A stretch of 64,000 nucleotides of DNA from NCBI GenBank assembly GCA_963744645.1, contig CAVUUN010000024.1, positions 36,325 to 100,324 of the forward strand, written 5' to 3'. Shown piece by piece: positions 25,825-36,909 of the stretch; positions within the stretch are counted from its first letter, which is position 1, and every line of letters begins with the position of its first letter. The notes beneath the pieces were generated by a model. The model did no database searches and was not told the DNA's origin. It worked only from the letters and a program-made list of their open reading frames with translations. A program made the translations under genes and the position numbers. The stretch is from an uncultured Acidobacteriota bacterium (GTDB lineage Bacteria; Acidobacteriota; UBA6911; RPQK01).

Positions 25825-27579
25825 ATGAAATTTGACGACCAGTTTCTCGAACTCGTCAGAAGCAGCACGAGCATTATCGAATTGATCGGCAGCTACGTGC
25901 GCCTGAAGAAGAGCGGCAAGGATCACTCCGCCCTCTGCCCGTTTCACAACGAGAAGACCCCCTCATTCTGGGTCAGCGAGAACAAACAGATATTCAAGTG
26001 CTTCGGTTGCGGTGCGGGCGGGGATATCTTCAAATTCCTCATGCTGATTGAGAACTTGAGTTTTCCCGATGCGGTTGCCCACGCCGCCAACCGGCAGGGA
26101 ATCCCGCTGCCGAAGAGCAAGGCCGTCCCGGATCAGGCGAACGAGGCCCGGGCTCACCTGCTGGAGCTCATGGAGCTCGGCAGGAAGTACTTTCTCGACT
26201 GCCTTGCCGATCCCCGGCTCGCATCAGAGGCCCGGGCGTATCTGGATCAGCGGGGGCTCGACGCGACGACCCGGGACAAATTCGGACTTGGTTACGCGCC
26301 TCCAGGCAACCAGCTTCTTGCCCATTTGCGCAAAACCAAAGTGCCGCTCGCCGACGCCGTCGCCTGCGGCCTGCTCAGCGAACCTGAGCCGGGGCAGTAC
26401 CGCGATCGCTTCCGCCATCGGGTCATGTTTCCGATCCAGGATCTGTCCGGCCGGACCATCGCTTTCGGTGGCCGGATTCTGGGGGAAGGCCAGCCGAAAT
26501 ATTTGAATTCACCCGAGACGCCCCTGTACAAGAAGAGCCTCAACCTTTTCGCATTGGACAAGGCGAAGGATACGATCCGGAAGACGGACGTGGCTATTCT
26601 CGTTGAGGGCTACTTCGACTGCGTGGTCCCGTTCCAGTTTGGTTTCACAAACACGGTCGCATCGCTGGGGACGAGCCTGACGCCCAATCAGGTTAAGCTT
26701 CTCGGTCGTTACACGCGAAATGTCGTGCTGAGTTTCGACCCGGATTCCGCGGGGCTTTCGGCGGCCTTGCGCTCAATCGACCTCTTCCTCGAAGAGGGGT
26801 TTCGGGTCAATGTCGTCAGTCTTCCGGACGGGTATGACCCGGACAGTTTCGTGCGGGAATTCGGAAGGGACGCTTTTCGTGATAGACTCAGGACCTCCAT
26901 CCCATACTTGGACTTCGCGTTGACGCGTTTTCAGAAAGCGCAGAAGGACCCGCTCAGTCCCAGAGGAAAAAAGGAAACCGTTTCCCAGATTCTACCGTAT
27001 TTGTTGAAGATACCGGATCGGATTGAGCGCTCGGAGTATGTTTCTCGGGTGGCGGCGAAATTGGGAATCGACGAGCAACTGATTCGTGAGCAGATGCGCA
27101 AGACGGCCGCAAAACCTGGCTCACAGCAGCTCACGCCGGCCAGTTGGCCGGCAGAGACGAGCCTGGCCGAGAACCATCTCCTGGCCGCGCTCGCGGACCC
27201 CGAGTGGACGGAATTCGTGCTCGCGCGCATCAAACCCGAGCTGTGCGAGGGGCTGTGCACCGCTCCGATTTTTGAGAAAGTTTTCGAATTACTAAAACAA
27301 AACCAGAAAATTAGCATCATTAGTTTGCGGAAGCTGTTAGAAGAGGGTCAATCTCTGGACCTGCTCGACAAAATCGCCCTTAGAGCTCCCCAACTGCCGA
27401 TCTCCGAGGATCTCATCCTCGGGAGTATTCGTGCCCTGGAAGCCTGGCGAACAGAACGACAAAACTACCTCAAGCAGGAAGCCATCAGGAAAGAACAGGA
27501 AGTTGATCCCGACTCCGTCAGACTAAAGCAGCTAGTGAAGGAGAAGGAGGAGCTCCGTCGAAGGCAAAATCTGGCTTGA
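25825..27579 (+). CDS. dnaG: DNA primase
   Basis: CPFHNEKTPSF, KYLNSPET, EGYFD, DPD. Confidence 0.97.
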   Translation: MKFDDQFLELVRSSTSIIELIGSYVRLKKSGKDHSALCPFHNEKTPSFWVSENKQIFKCFGCGAGGDIFKFLMLIENLSFPDAVAHAANRQGIPLPKSKAVPDQANEARAHLLELMELGRKYFLDCLADPRLASEARAYLDQRGLDATTRDKFGLGYAPPGNQLLAHLRKTKVPLADAVACGLLSEPEPGQYRDRFRHRVMFPIQDLSGRTIAFGGRILGEGQPKYLNSPETPLYKKSLNLFALDKAKDTIRKTDVAILVEGYFDCVVPFQFGFTNTVASLGTSLTPNQVKLLGRYTRNVVLSFDPDSAGLSAALRSIDLFLEEGFRVNVVSLPDGYDPDSFVREFGRDAFRDRLRTSIPYLDFALTRFQKAQKDPLSPRGKKETVSQILPYLLKIPDRIERSEYVSRVAAKLGIDEQLIREQMRKTAAKPGSQQLTPASWPAETSLAENHLLAALADPEWTEFVLARIKPELCEGLCTAPIFEKVFELLKQNQKISIISLRKLLEEGQSLDLLDKIALRAPQLPISEDLILGSIRALEAWRTERQNYLKQEAIRKEQEVDPDSVRLKQLVKEKEELRRRQNLA

Positions 27580-27641
27580 TTTGGGGGAACTAACAACTTT
27601 ACACTGTGGGTTTCAACCCGAGAGGGAAGGAGAGGAAGGTT

Positions 27642-29339
27642 TTGTCAATAGAGGACAAATACGATGGTGTTAAGGAACTAATTAACCTCGGAAAGGAGAA
27701 GGGATACCTGCTCTATGACGAGGTTAGTGACGTGCTCCCGGACGACATCCATTCCTCGGAGGATTTAGACAGCATATTCTACCTGTTCGGCGATGCGGGG
27801 ATCGAGGTCATCGATTCCGAGCAACAGTTCGAATCGGTTCAGAAGAAAATCGGGTCGAAGGCGGACATCGACGACGAAGAAGGCGATGTTGATGCTGTAA
27901 GCGAAAGCCTCGAGAAGACGAACGACCCCGTTCGGATGTACCTCCGAGAAATGGGGACGGTTCCCCTTCTGACTCGGGAAGGTGAAGTTGAGATCGCCAA
28001 GCGGATTGAAAAGGGTCAGAAGACCGTTTTGAAGGCACTCTCACGTTCACCGATCGTCGTCGCCGAGATCCTGCGCATGGGCGACGATCTGCGCCAGGGC
28101 CGCATGGGCATCAAGAACCTGGTCAATTTCAGCGAAGAAGAGCTCACCGACGAAATCCTGGAAACGCGAGCCGCCGACGTGCATGTACGGATCGCCGAGA
28201 TCTCGGATCTTGAGACCGAGGCGACCAAGGTGCGCAAGCGTCTGCGCAAGGCTCGAAAAGAGTCTCAGGAATACAAACGGATGCTCTCTCAGCTCGCCCG
28301 CTATCGCATCCCGATTGCACGCCACATCCGCGACCTGGACTTGACCAATGCGACTCATGACGAACTGGTCAATGCCATCAAGCGCACCGTTGATCGGATC
28401 GTGTCCCTCGAGCGCGAGAACAGGAGACTCAAGAAGCTGCAGGAGTCGCCGCTCAAGCTGGAGGAATCCAAGAAGGTCAAGCTGCGCCTGAGAGAGGCCG
28501 AAAAGGAGCTCAAGGACATCGAGGAGGAAACCCTCACGAGCCCGTTGGAGCTCAAGCGGACTCTCGCCACAATCAAACAGGGCGAGCTCGAAGCGGACAT
28601 CGCGAAGAAGGAACTGGTCGAAGCCAACCTGCGACTCGTTGTCTCGATCGCCAAGAAATACACAAACCGCGGCCTTCAGTTCCTGGATCTGATTCAGGAA
28701 GGCAACATCGGCCTGATGAAGGCAGTGGACAAGTTCGAATATCGGCGCGGCTACAAGTTCTCGACTTACGCTACATGGTGGATCCGACAGGCGATCACGC
28801 GCGCGATTGCGGATCAGGCGCGAACCATTCGAATCCCGGTCCACATGATCGAGACCATCAACAAGTTGATCCGGACTTCGAGGGCACTCGTACAGGAGTA
28901 CGGTCGCGAGCCGACCTCCGAAGAGATCGCCAAGAAGATGGACATCCCGGTCAGCAAGGTCCGCAAGATCATGAAGATCGCCCAGGAGCCTATCTCTCTG
29001 GAAACGCCCATCGGCGAAGAAGAGGATAGCCACCTTGGCGATTTCATCGAGGATCGAGGAGTGATCTCGCCGGCCGAGGCGGTCATCAACATCAACCTGA
29101 AAGAGCAGACGGCCGCTGTCCTGCAGACCCTGACACCCAGGGAAGAGCAGGTGATCCGGATGCGTTTTGGGATCGGAGACGGCAGCGAGCATACACTCGA
29201 AGAGGTCGGACAGCGTTTCTCGGTCACCCGGGAACGCATCCGGCAAATCGAGGCGAAGGCGCTGCGGAAACTTCGTCACCCGTCTCGAAGTCGGAAGTTA
29301 AAAGCCTTCCTTGAGAACACGGGAAAGGAAGGACTCTAG
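27642..29339 (+). CDS. rpoD: RNA polymerase primary sigma factor (probable TTG start)
   Basis: [44 protein letters not shown]. Confidence 0.97.
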   Translation: MSIEDKYDGVKELINLGKEKGYLLYDEVSDVLPDDIHSSEDLDSIFYLFGDAGIEVIDSEQQFESVQKKIGSKADIDDEEGDVDAVSESLEKTNDPVRMYLREMGTVPLLTREGEVEIAKRIEKGQKTVLKALSRSPIVVAEILRMGDDLRQGRMGIKNLVNFSEEELTDEILETRAADVHVRIAEISDLETEATKVRKRLRKARKESQEYKRMLSQLARYRIPIARHIRDLDLTNATHDELVNAIKRTVDRIVSLERENRRLKKLQESPLKLEESKKVKLRLREAEKELKDIEEETLTSPLELKRTLATIKQGELEADIAKKELVEANLRLVVSIAKKYTNRGLQFLDLIQEGNIGLMKAVDKFEYRRGYKFSTYATWWIRQAITRAIADQARTIRIPVHMIETINKLIRTSRALVQEYGREPTSEEIAKKMDIPVSKVRKIMKIAQEPISLETPIGEEEDSHLGDFIEDRGVISPAEAVININLKEQTAAVLQTLTPREEQVIRMRFGIGDGSEHTLEEVGQRFSVTRERIRQIEAKALRKLRHPSRSRKLKAFLENTGKEGL

Positions 29340-29346
29340 GACCAGC

Positions 29347-29373
29347 AGGGGCGCAAATGCGCCCCTTTTTTTT
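29347..29373 (+). terminator. Intrinsic terminator after rpoD
   Basis: GGGGCGC-AAAT-GCGCCCC followed by T8. Confidence 0.9.
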
Positions 29374-29454
29374 GCCCCGGTGGGCCGGCCGAGCAGGCAA
29401 ACGGCAGTGGCGCCGCCCGTGGCCACGGAGTAAGATTCTTACTTCGAATCGAGT

Positions 29455-29531
29455 GGGCCCATAGCTCAGTTGGTTAGAGCAGCGGTCTCATAAACCGCGG
29501 GTCGTAGGTTCAAGTCCTACTGGGCCCACCA
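29455..29531 (+). tRNA. tRNA with CAT anticodon, probably tRNA-Ile2 (lysidine)
   Basis: Cloverleaf GGGCCCA..TGGGCCC-ACCA, anticodon arm GCGGT-CTCATAA-ACCGC, GGTTCAAGTCC; G1-C72 pair excludes initiator; position after rpoD. Confidence 0.9.
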
Positions 29532-29554
29532 AGTGAAAGGGTGCGAAGGATCTG

Positions 29555-30297
29555 ATGGGGGAAAAAATAGTAAATTCGGATCTACAGACTCTGGTTCGGC
29601 TGCAGGAACTCGACTTAGCGATCAGGCAGATTCAACGACCGCCTTCGGCGGATCCCGGACGAAATCGCCGCGCTCGACCGCGAGCTGGCCGGCTACCATT
29701 CCCGTTTCGACCACGTCAAGGCGAAGACCGAGGAGGGCGGACGCGAACGACGTCGCCATGAAGGGGAAGTCGATGCTCTTCGGCAGAAACTGCAGCAAGT
29801 ACAAAGACCAGTTGATGGCCGTCAAAACCAACAAAGAATACCAGGCGGTTCTCACGGAGATCGCAACCTGCGAGAAGGAAATCGCGGGGAAGGAAGACCA
29901 GATACTGGAGACCATGATTTTCGCCGATGAGCTCAGCTCGCAGGAAGCCGCGGCCAGCAGCGAATTGACCGAGAAGGAACAGGTCATCCAGGCGAAACGG
30001 AAAGAGCTGGAAGCCTTCATAGCGGACTTCACGAGCCAGGTGGCCGGGCTGGAAACCCAGAGGCAGGCCTGCGCGACTCTGTCACCGCGGAATTGCTTGT
30101 CGAGTACGAACGGATCGCGGCCGCCCGGCACGGCGTCGCTGTCGCCCCGGCTCAGGATCAGTCGTGTCAAGCATGCCATGTCCGACTGAGGCCCCAGCTG
30201 TTCACTGAGATCAAGACAAACCAGCAAATTATCTTTTGCGAGAGCTGCCAGTCGGATCCTCTACTATCCGCGATCGCAGCAGACGGCAGTTCAGTAA
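29555..30297 (+). CDS. Coiled-coil, C4 zinc-ribbon protein (CT398/DUF164-like); frameshifted
   Basis: LVRLQELD, VKTNKEYQA, CQACHVRLRPQ..CESC.RILY. Confidence 0.8.
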
Positions 30298-30305
30298 CGA
30301 TATCC

Positions 30306-31091
30306 ATGTTCTTTCCCTTTCGGAACCTGTTGTGCTTCTACAGGGAGGCGTACTGGGCCATTACGGATTTCTCCTTCTACCGATCGATCCTCGGTCAGCC
30401 CTGGAGGAAGACGCTCCTGTATCTGCTCTACCTGTCGGCGCACCTGGCCCTGTTGCTTGCGCTGACCTACGCCTGGCACTACGGCGGCGATTTCAGTCGG
30501 TTCTCAAAATGGGCGCAGGATCATTTTCCGCCGCTAGAGGTCAAAAACGGCGAATTGAGCGTCAGTGGCGCACAACCTGCGGTTCACAGGTATCAGGGAG
30601 AACAGAGCGTGACCTTTGTGTTCGATACCACCGGCACCTACTCAACGCCGGACGGATTCGCTCAGCCCGCGTTTCTGCTGACCAGGCGGAACATCTTCTT
30701 CAGGTACGACAATCAGACCCAGGCGCATGCCTGGGCCGAGTTCGGCGCTTTCAAGCTTGACCAGTCGCGTCTGAGAGATTTCGAGCATTTTGTCAGGATC
30801 GCCTATTTCCCGGTCGCTTATTCGCTCCTCTTGATCTATCACCTGTTCGCCAAAGCTTTTACAGCCCTCTTCATCAGCACCTTTGCCTTGTTTTCGGCGG
30901 CTCGGTTCGGGATGCGCCTGCCTTTTCGCAGTACATTCACACTGGGGTTGTACGGGATGACCCCCGCCATCGTTATCGCCCTCGCGGTCACGGCGACAGG
31001 AATCTATATTTCGTACTTTTATGCAATCTACCTGGCCATCGCCGCCATCTACACTTTTATGGCGACAGCGCGGTCAGTTGAGGTCGAGTAA
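30306..31091 (+). CDS. DUF1189-like membrane protein
   Basis: N-terminal TM, FPPLEVKNGELS loop, three C-terminal TMs. Confidence 0.6.
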   Translation: MFFPFRNLLCFYREAYWAITDFSFYRSILGQPWRKTLLYLLYLSAHLALLLALTYAWHYGGDFSRFSKWAQDHFPPLEVKNGELSVSGAQPAVHRYQGEQSVTFVFDTTGTYSTPDGFAQPAFLLTRRNIFFRYDNQTQAHAWAEFGAFKLDQSRLRDFEHFVRIAYFPVAYSLLLIYHLFAKAFTALFISTFALFSAARFGMRLPFRSTFTLGLYGMTPAIVIALAVTATGIYISYFYAIYLAIAAIYTFMATARSVEVE

Positions 31092-31104
31092 ACTCGGAGG
31101 AACG

Positions 31105-32028
31105 ATGAAGATTCATGTGGCAGTTGCGCTCCTGATGCTGGGGGCGGTCGGTTCGCCGGTTCTTCCGCAGGAGTCCGGCGAAAAGAAGCCGTTGATCAGA
31201 GCCCGGGTGGATGTGGTCAATGTCCTCTGCACGGTTCGCGACCGCGACGGCAAAGGCAATTACATAGAGACCCTCAAGAAGGAAGATTTCGACATTTATG
31301 AGGACGGGGTCCGGCAGAACGTTGATTTCTTCAGCTACAACAAGGGGCAGGAGGCTGACCCTCTCAGTGTCGTTCTTCTAATCGATGTGTCGGGCAGTGT
31401 GAAGGACAAGCTGGCCTTTGAACAAAAGGCTGCAATGGAGTTCCTGCAGGGCACGCTTCGGAAGAACAAAGACCTTGCCGCCGTCGTCCAGTTCCACGAG
31501 GAGATCCGGCTGCTCCAGGACTTCACCTATGACGTCGACCTGCTCGGCGGTGCCATTCAAGACACGCGGGCGGGCGGCGGAACCAAATTGTACGATGCGA
31601 TCTGGTTGGCCGCCGAGGATCTTCTGAAAAACGAAGTGGGACGCCGGGTGGCGGTTGTCGTGTCCGACGGGGAAGATACGTTGAGCGAGTACTCGAAGAA
31701 GGACGCCATCCGGGTGGCTCAGGAGCAGGATGTGATCATCTACGGGATCGGTGTTCAGAGCGCCCGTTTTGCGGCCGATTTCGGAGCTCTCAAGGACTTC
31801 GCCAAGGACACCGGCGGGTTGTTTGTGAACTCCGAATCGCGTTTGGATCGAATCCGCGAGGCGTTCACAAGCATCAACCAGGCGATCAAGAACCAATACA
31901 GTCTTGGTTATATCTCCACCAACAAGACTCGCGACGGCGCCTTCAGAAAGGTTCAGGTCCGGATAAAGCGGTCTGGGTTGAACGTGACTCACCGCAAAGG
32001 GTATTATGCGGACCAAAGTAAATCATGA
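31105..32028 (+). CDS. Secreted VWA-domain protein (acidobacterial type)
   Basis: DVSGS MIDAS, TKLYDAI, SDGED, QYSLGY..DGAFRKVQV..HRKGYY. Confidence 0.9.
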   Translation: MKIHVAVALLMLGAVGSPVLPQESGEKKPLIRARVDVVNVLCTVRDRDGKGNYIETLKKEDFDIYEDGVRQNVDFFSYNKGQEADPLSVVLLIDVSGSVKDKLAFEQKAAMEFLQGTLRKNKDLAAVVQFHEEIRLLQDFTYDVDLLGGAIQDTRAGGGTKLYDAIWLAAEDLLKNEVGRRVAVVVSDGEDTLSEYSKKDAIRVAQEQDVIIYGIGVQSARFAADFGALKDFAKDTGGLFVNSESRLDRIREAFTSINQAIKNQYSLGYISTNKTRDGAFRKVQVRIKRSGLNVTHRKGYYADQSKS

Positions 32029-32225
32029 AGCGAAAAGATCTGGAATTTGAGGACCTTCTTCCCATAGAGCTGAAGCTGCGACTGTTGCAGGCAGAGATCG
32101 ACCGGCTGGACTCGGACCTGCAGTGGCTCGAACAACGCAAGCACGAGGTATCCGAAGAGATCCGCTATTACGAAAAGTTGCTCTTCAAGAGCCGCCACGA
32201 ACGGCGGCTTCGGCGGGTAAAGTAG
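32025..32225 (+). CDS. Small coiled-coil hypothetical protein
   Basis: 66 aa, ATGA overlap with the VWA gene, heptad pattern. Confidence 0.6.
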   Translation: MKRKDLEFEDLLPIELKLRLLQAEIDRLDSDLQWLEQRKHEVSEEIRYYEKLLFKSRHERRLRRVK

Positions 32226-32228
32226 GGC

Positions 32229-32308
32229 AACACGAACGGACACGGACTGACACGGACGAACACGGATGAGTGGGGAGTGATTAGTCGTGTCAGTCCGTGT
32301 TGCAGTCA
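32229..32308. repeat. Nonamer array (ACACGGACK)n with partial inverse
   Basis: acacgaacg gacacggact gacacggacg aacacggat ... gtgtcagtccgtgt. Confidence 0.75.
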
Positions 32309-32309
32309 G

Positions 32310-33662
32310 CTAACTAACTGGCTTCACTCCCGCCAGGAACTCACCGCGCAGCCGGCTCATCACGTGCAGTTCCACCCACTTGGGGTCCCACCATTCGACT
32401 GGATTGATCTGCACTCCCTGCAAAACCATGCTGAAGTGGAGGTGGTCGCCTCCGGCTAATCCGGTCATTCCCGTTCTGCCGAGGGTCTGCCCCAGTTTGA
32501 CCCGGTCCCCGGGCTTGACGTCGATTGAGCTGAGGTGCCCGTAAAGGGACTGAAGCCCGAGTCCGTGATCCACGATCACGCAATTCCCGTAAATTCCGAG
32601 GAATTCGGCGAACGCGACAACCCCATCGTTGGCGGCTTCCACCGGATTCTGGGCGGACGTGGCCAGATCGAAGCCGAGGTGCGTCTGCTCGTCGATCTTT
32701 TTCCCTTGGTAGAAGTAAGACCGGCGGTCGGCGAAGACCGCTTCCACCTGGGAGTTTGCGAGTTGGAGAAATGGTTTGGACCAGAGCGGAGTCGCGGCGG
32801 ACTTCAACGATGCATCCGCGATCTGCTGGTTGTTGATCTTGCGCAGCGTTCGGTTGATTTCAAGGTAGGAATCAAGAAGATTCCCCTTCTCGGAAACCTG
32901 GTCGGTGTTGGCGAGAATTTGCGGAACCACTGTTTGCAGAAATTCGTCGGTCAGCGGAAGGTCCCTCTGGCGGAAAGCGGTGGGAAAGACCTTCTTCCAG
33001 AACCCCGTTTTAGCCACGTTCCCGGCCTGATCCCTTGCAAACAGAAACATCGGCGTAGTGACCGGCTGGTCCCACGCAAGGGCAAACAAGCAGATCCGGA
33101 GGTCCTTCTGGCCGGAGACAGGATAGCCGCGGAACTCGGTGTTCCCAACCAGTACGCCCGAAGCCTCGGCGTCCTCGGACACCCGGTACAGGATGGTTTC
33201 TGATCCGCCCTGTCGAATGTAGTGTTGCTGGGACAGGACCGCGAGTGTCGGCGGGCGCAGGTCGTGCAGGAACTTCTGCGTCGTTGTTGTTGTGTTATCA
33301 AACAGGAAGAGACTGGGCTGATCCACCGCTCGGACCTGGATCTGCAGTTCCCCTTGCTTGAAGCCTTTTTGCGCAGGTGAGACAGTCACCACGCGGCGGG
33401 CCTCGGATTTATCCCAGGGCCAGATGAGGGTCGGCGTGGAGAGCTTCGCAAGAACATCACGGCGACTTCCCTGCGTACCGATCACTTCAAACTCGCGCAG
33501 GCCGCGGCCCTCATCGGTTATTTCAATTAAGATCTGAGCATTTCGGCCGAGCGAAGGAGGAGCTTTGATGGCGATGCTCGGCGCTTTTGAATCCCACAAC
33601 AGCAGGAAGCAGCCGAGCGTTGCAAGCACCAAAAGGAGAAACAATAAAAGCAATTTCTTCAT
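32310..33662 (-). CDS. M23 family metallopeptidase
   Basis: HLGFD, YGHLS, TGLAGGDHLHF. Confidence 0.92.
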   Translation of the reverse strand: MKKLLLLFLLLVLATLGCFLLLWDSKAPSIAIKAPPSLGRNAQILIEITDEGRGLREFEVIGTQGSRRDVLAKLSTPTLIWPWDKSEARRVVTVSPAQKGFKQGELQIQVRAVDQPSLFLFDNTTTTTQKFLHDLRPPTLAVLSQQHYIRQGGSETILYRVSEDAEASGVLVGNTEFRGYPVSGQKDLRICLFALAWDQPVTTPMFLFARDQAGNVAKTGFWKKVFPTAFRQRDLPLTDEFLQTVVPQILANTDQVSEKGNLLDSYLEINRTLRKINNQQIADASLKSAATPLWSKPFLQLANSQVEAVFADRRSYFYQGKKIDEQTHLGFDLATSAQNPVEAANDGVVAFAEFLGIYGNCVIVDHGLGLQSLYGHLSSIDVKPGDRVKLGQTLGRTGMTGLAGGDHLHFSMVLQGVQINPVEWWDPKWVELHVMSRLRGEFLAGVKPVS

Positions 33663-33690
33663 GGCGCCACAATCCTAGCAGACTTTTGGG

Positions 33691-34025
33691 GATCAGCGAT
33701 CAGCTATCAGCGGGCAGCCGGCAGAAGGCAGAAGGCAGCGGGCAGCGGGCAGAAGGCAGCGGGGTTCACTCATAGCGCGGACGCGGCCCGGTGCAGCGAG
33801 GGCGCCCGGCCTTCTGGAGCGCGGACGTCCCGTCCGCACTGGGATCGCGGGCATCCTGCCCGCGCGCCGGGCATCTTGCCCGGCGTTAATGCGCTTGTTA
33901 TCGCGACAACCAGAAACGGCGGGCAAGATGCCCGCCGCGCGGACGGGACGTCCGCGAACCCAGTGCGGACAGGATGTCCGCGCTCCAAGGGGCCCGCTGC
34001 CCGCTGGCCCGCTGCCCGCTGACAG
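33691..34025. repeat. Composite palindrome: GGCAGMR heptamers around a cluster of REP-like hairpins GCGGRCRTCYYGYCCGC
   Basis: About six short palindromes in mirror arrangement, 33815-33987. Confidence 0.8.
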
Positions 34026-34045
34026 TTGCTCGCTTTTAGGGTACG

Positions 34046-35726
34046 ATGCCTACTGATCCTATGCACTGGCTCGTGGAGCTGTTCGTCACCGATTCAATCG
34101 CGCACGCGCTGCTGGTTCTGAGCCTTGTGGCAGCAGTCGGTGTGGCGGTGGGAAACATCAAGGTCTCGGGAGTCGGCCTTGGGATAGCCGGTGTCCTCTT
34201 TTCGGGTCTCTTCTTTGCTCACCTCGGCGTGACCGTCAATTCGGAAGTCATCGAGTTCGCGCGGGAATTCGGCCTGATCCTCTTTGTCTACACGATCGGA
34301 ATGCAGGTGGGTCCAGGCTTTCTTGCGTCCCTGCGACGTCAGGGCCTTCCCTTGAACCTAATGGCGCTCGCCGTTGTCGTCCTCGGTGTCGTGATCACCG
34401 TCCTTGTCACCTATGGAGGAATCGACGTTCCGGTGGCCGTTGGCCTCTTTTCGGGAGCGACGACCAACACCCCGAGCCTGGCGGCGGCGCAACAGGCTTT
34501 GAAATCGGTCCAAGGGGTGAGCGAGGCCACGGCCAAAATGCCGGGGCTCGGTTATGCGATCGCCTATCCCTTTGGCGTCGTGGGACTGATCCTCACGATC
34601 GTGCTCACGCGTCTGCTGTTTCGAATCGACGTGAAAAAGGAGGCGGCGGGGTTGGAGCGGGAACGGGAGTCGACGACCGGACGCCTGGCGACCATCAATC
34701 TGGAGGTTAAGAACCCGAACCTGGAGGGCCTGGAGATCCGCAAGATACCGACACTGGCGTCATCGGGCGTGGTGGTCTCCCGGATTTCCCGGGGTTCTGG
34801 CGTCGAGGTGGCGACTCCGGAAACGCAGGTCCGGCTCGGTGACATTCTCCACGCAGTTGGTTCCGAACAACAGCTGGAGGAACTTCGCCTGGTCGTGGGA
34901 AGCGAAAGCAAGATCGATTTGAAGGCGCTGCCCAGCAATATCATCACGAAGAGGATCATGGTCACGAAGAACGCGGCGCTCCGGCGCTCGATCGATGAGC
35001 TCGATGTGGCGCGCAATTACGGAGTGATGGTGACCCGGGTGACCCGGGCCGGCATCGAGTTCAGTGCCGCCGCCGACTTTCGGGTCCAATTCGGCGATAT
35101 CTTAATGGTGGTGGGAGAACCCGAGGCGATACGCCGGGTGGCGGAGGATCTGGGCGATTCGCCGGAACACCTCGATCATCCGCATGTCGTCCCGATTTTT
35201 GTCGGAATCGCATTGGGAATACTTCTGGGCAGTCTCCCGTTGACGGTCCCCGGAATGCCCGCGCCGGTGCGGCTCGGTTTGGCCGGCGGGCCGCTGCTCA
35301 CCGCGATTATCCTCAGCCGGATCGGCCGGCTGGGGCCGTTGATCTGGTACATGCCGGTCAACGCGAATCTGATGTTGAGGGAGATCGGAATCACCCTGTT
35401 TCTCGCGTGTGTCGGGCTGCGTGCGGGCGATCGTTTCGTAGCGACTCTGATCGAAGGGAGCGGTCTTTACTGGATGGGGATGGCCGCCCTGATCACAATC
35501 GTCCCGGTTCTGGCCGTGTCTCTGTTTGCCCGGACCGTGTACAAGCTGAATTTTCTCTCCCTGGCGGGGCTTCTGGCCGGGCAGCATGACCGATCCGCCG
35601 GCGCTGGCCTTTGCGCGTTCCCTGTCGAACTCCGAAGGCCCGTCAATGTCCTATGCGGCGGTTTACCCCCTGGTGTTGCTCCTTCGTGTTTTCGCCGCCC
35701 AGGCTCTCGTCCTGTTTTTGCTTTGA
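34046..35726 (+). CDS. YidE/AspT-family transporter with two TrkA-C domains; one frameshift
   Basis: GLILFVYTIGMQVGPGF, GATTNTPSL, LGLAGGPL, GSMTDPPAL. Confidence 0.9.
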
Positions 35727-35906
35727 TCGGGGTTCGTGGAACAGGAGCGAAACCGTTGTCCCGACGGCCTCGCTCCTGTTCAGGGGGGAGGTTTCTTCTT
35801 TCTGTTTTCTTTTACGGAACCACGACTGGATTTGTTCCCGGTATTTCTAACTTTGCTACTGACCATCGGCGGTTTGTGGCAGAATCATGCGCCAGGAGGT
35901 CATGCA

Positions 35907-36578
35907 ATGATGCGTCGAGTTGGCTTTGTTTGTTTGATCCTGTTCTTTTTCGCCGCCGTCCATGGTCAGAGTAGCCTGCCGGCGGAATGGTCGGGCACTT
36001 ATCAGACGGTTGCCGGTGAGACAGGTGCTCTGACCTGCACCATCTCAGCCCCGGCCGCCGACAGCTATAAGGCTGTTCTGGTCGCCGTCCAATACGGAAT
36101 TCAGTTTGAGCTGACCGGGAAAAAGGAGGCGGATAAGTTTGTTTTCGGCGGAACGGCGAGCACCGACGTCGGGCCGTTTGAATTCAAGGGCGAGGTTGTG
36201 GACCTCAAATTCACCGGCAATTTCAAGAGCCAGGCCTACAACGGCACGTTTCAACTCGCACCGGTTCAGCCCATGGTCGGGGATTGGTCCGGTTCCTTCC
36301 AGACCGCATCCGGAGACTCGGGAGACCTCACCGCGCAGATCACCGCAGGAAGCGGAGATGATTTGAAGGCGGTCATTACGGTGGCGAGTCCGGGATTGCA
36401 ATTCGAGCTGCCGGGCAAGAAAGAAGCCGACAAAGCAGTCTTTGCGGCTTCCGTGACGCCCTCAGCAGAAATGGGAACAATCGAGGTGAAAGGGGAATTA
36501 GCCAACGGCAAATTCGCCGGCACCTTTACCGGGCAAACGGTTTCGGGAACCTTCGAGCTGGCACCGGTCCGAAAATAA
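35907..36578 (+). CDS. Secreted protein made of two tandem ~100-aa all-beta domains
   Basis: AGGAGG RBS, signal peptide, internal duplication WSG.YQT..G..G.LT..I / GKKEADK.VF / GTF.LAPV. Confidence 0.8.
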   Translation: MMRRVGFVCLILFFFAAVHGQSSLPAEWSGTYQTVAGETGALTCTISAPAADSYKAVLVAVQYGIQFELTGKKEADKFVFGGTASTDVGPFEFKGEVVDLKFTGNFKSQAYNGTFQLAPVQPMVGDWSGSFQTASGDSGDLTAQITAGSGDDLKAVITVASPGLQFELPGKKEADKAVFAASVTPSAEMGTIEVKGELANGKFAGTFTGQTVSGTFELAPVRK

Positions 36579-36599
36579 GGTCGGGGCTCGGGTCGGGCC

Positions 36600-36827
36600 T
36601 CAGCCCTCGACCTGCTCCGCAACCGCAACGCGGCCGACGCCCCGGCAGCGCGCGCACCGGCCACTGCCGCTCGGATTACAGTATGTGCACTCGGATCCTC
36701 GGCCGGTGCTGCCAAACTCGACCTGGGCGATCGCGTAGCCACGATGTCCGCGCCCGTAGCAATGACGGCACCGTCCGCTGCCCTCACATTCGGGGCAGGT
36801 CACCATTTTCGGCTCGTGGTCTGCCAT
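36600..36827 (-). CDS. Small DnaJ-type CxxCxGxG zinc-finger protein
   Basis: Four CxxC(x)GxG motifs in 75 aa; AGGAG RBS. Confidence 0.7.
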   Translation of the reverse strand: MADHEPKMVTCPECEGSGRCRHCYGRGHRGYAIAQVEFGSTGRGSECTYCNPSGSGRCARCRGVGRVAVAEQVEG

Positions 36828-36909
36828 AGCTTCTCTCCTGGGTCATTCTTAAGTAGCAGGGAGTCCGGACCAATTCAAACTTCCAGCTTCGTAGCACTAT
36901 AATAGTGGA

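Noticed and set aside
29455-29531. tRNA as an island integration site, or as initiator tRNA
   Set aside because: No duplicated 3' end was seen; it has a G1-C72 pair and lacks the three G-C anticodon-stem pairs.
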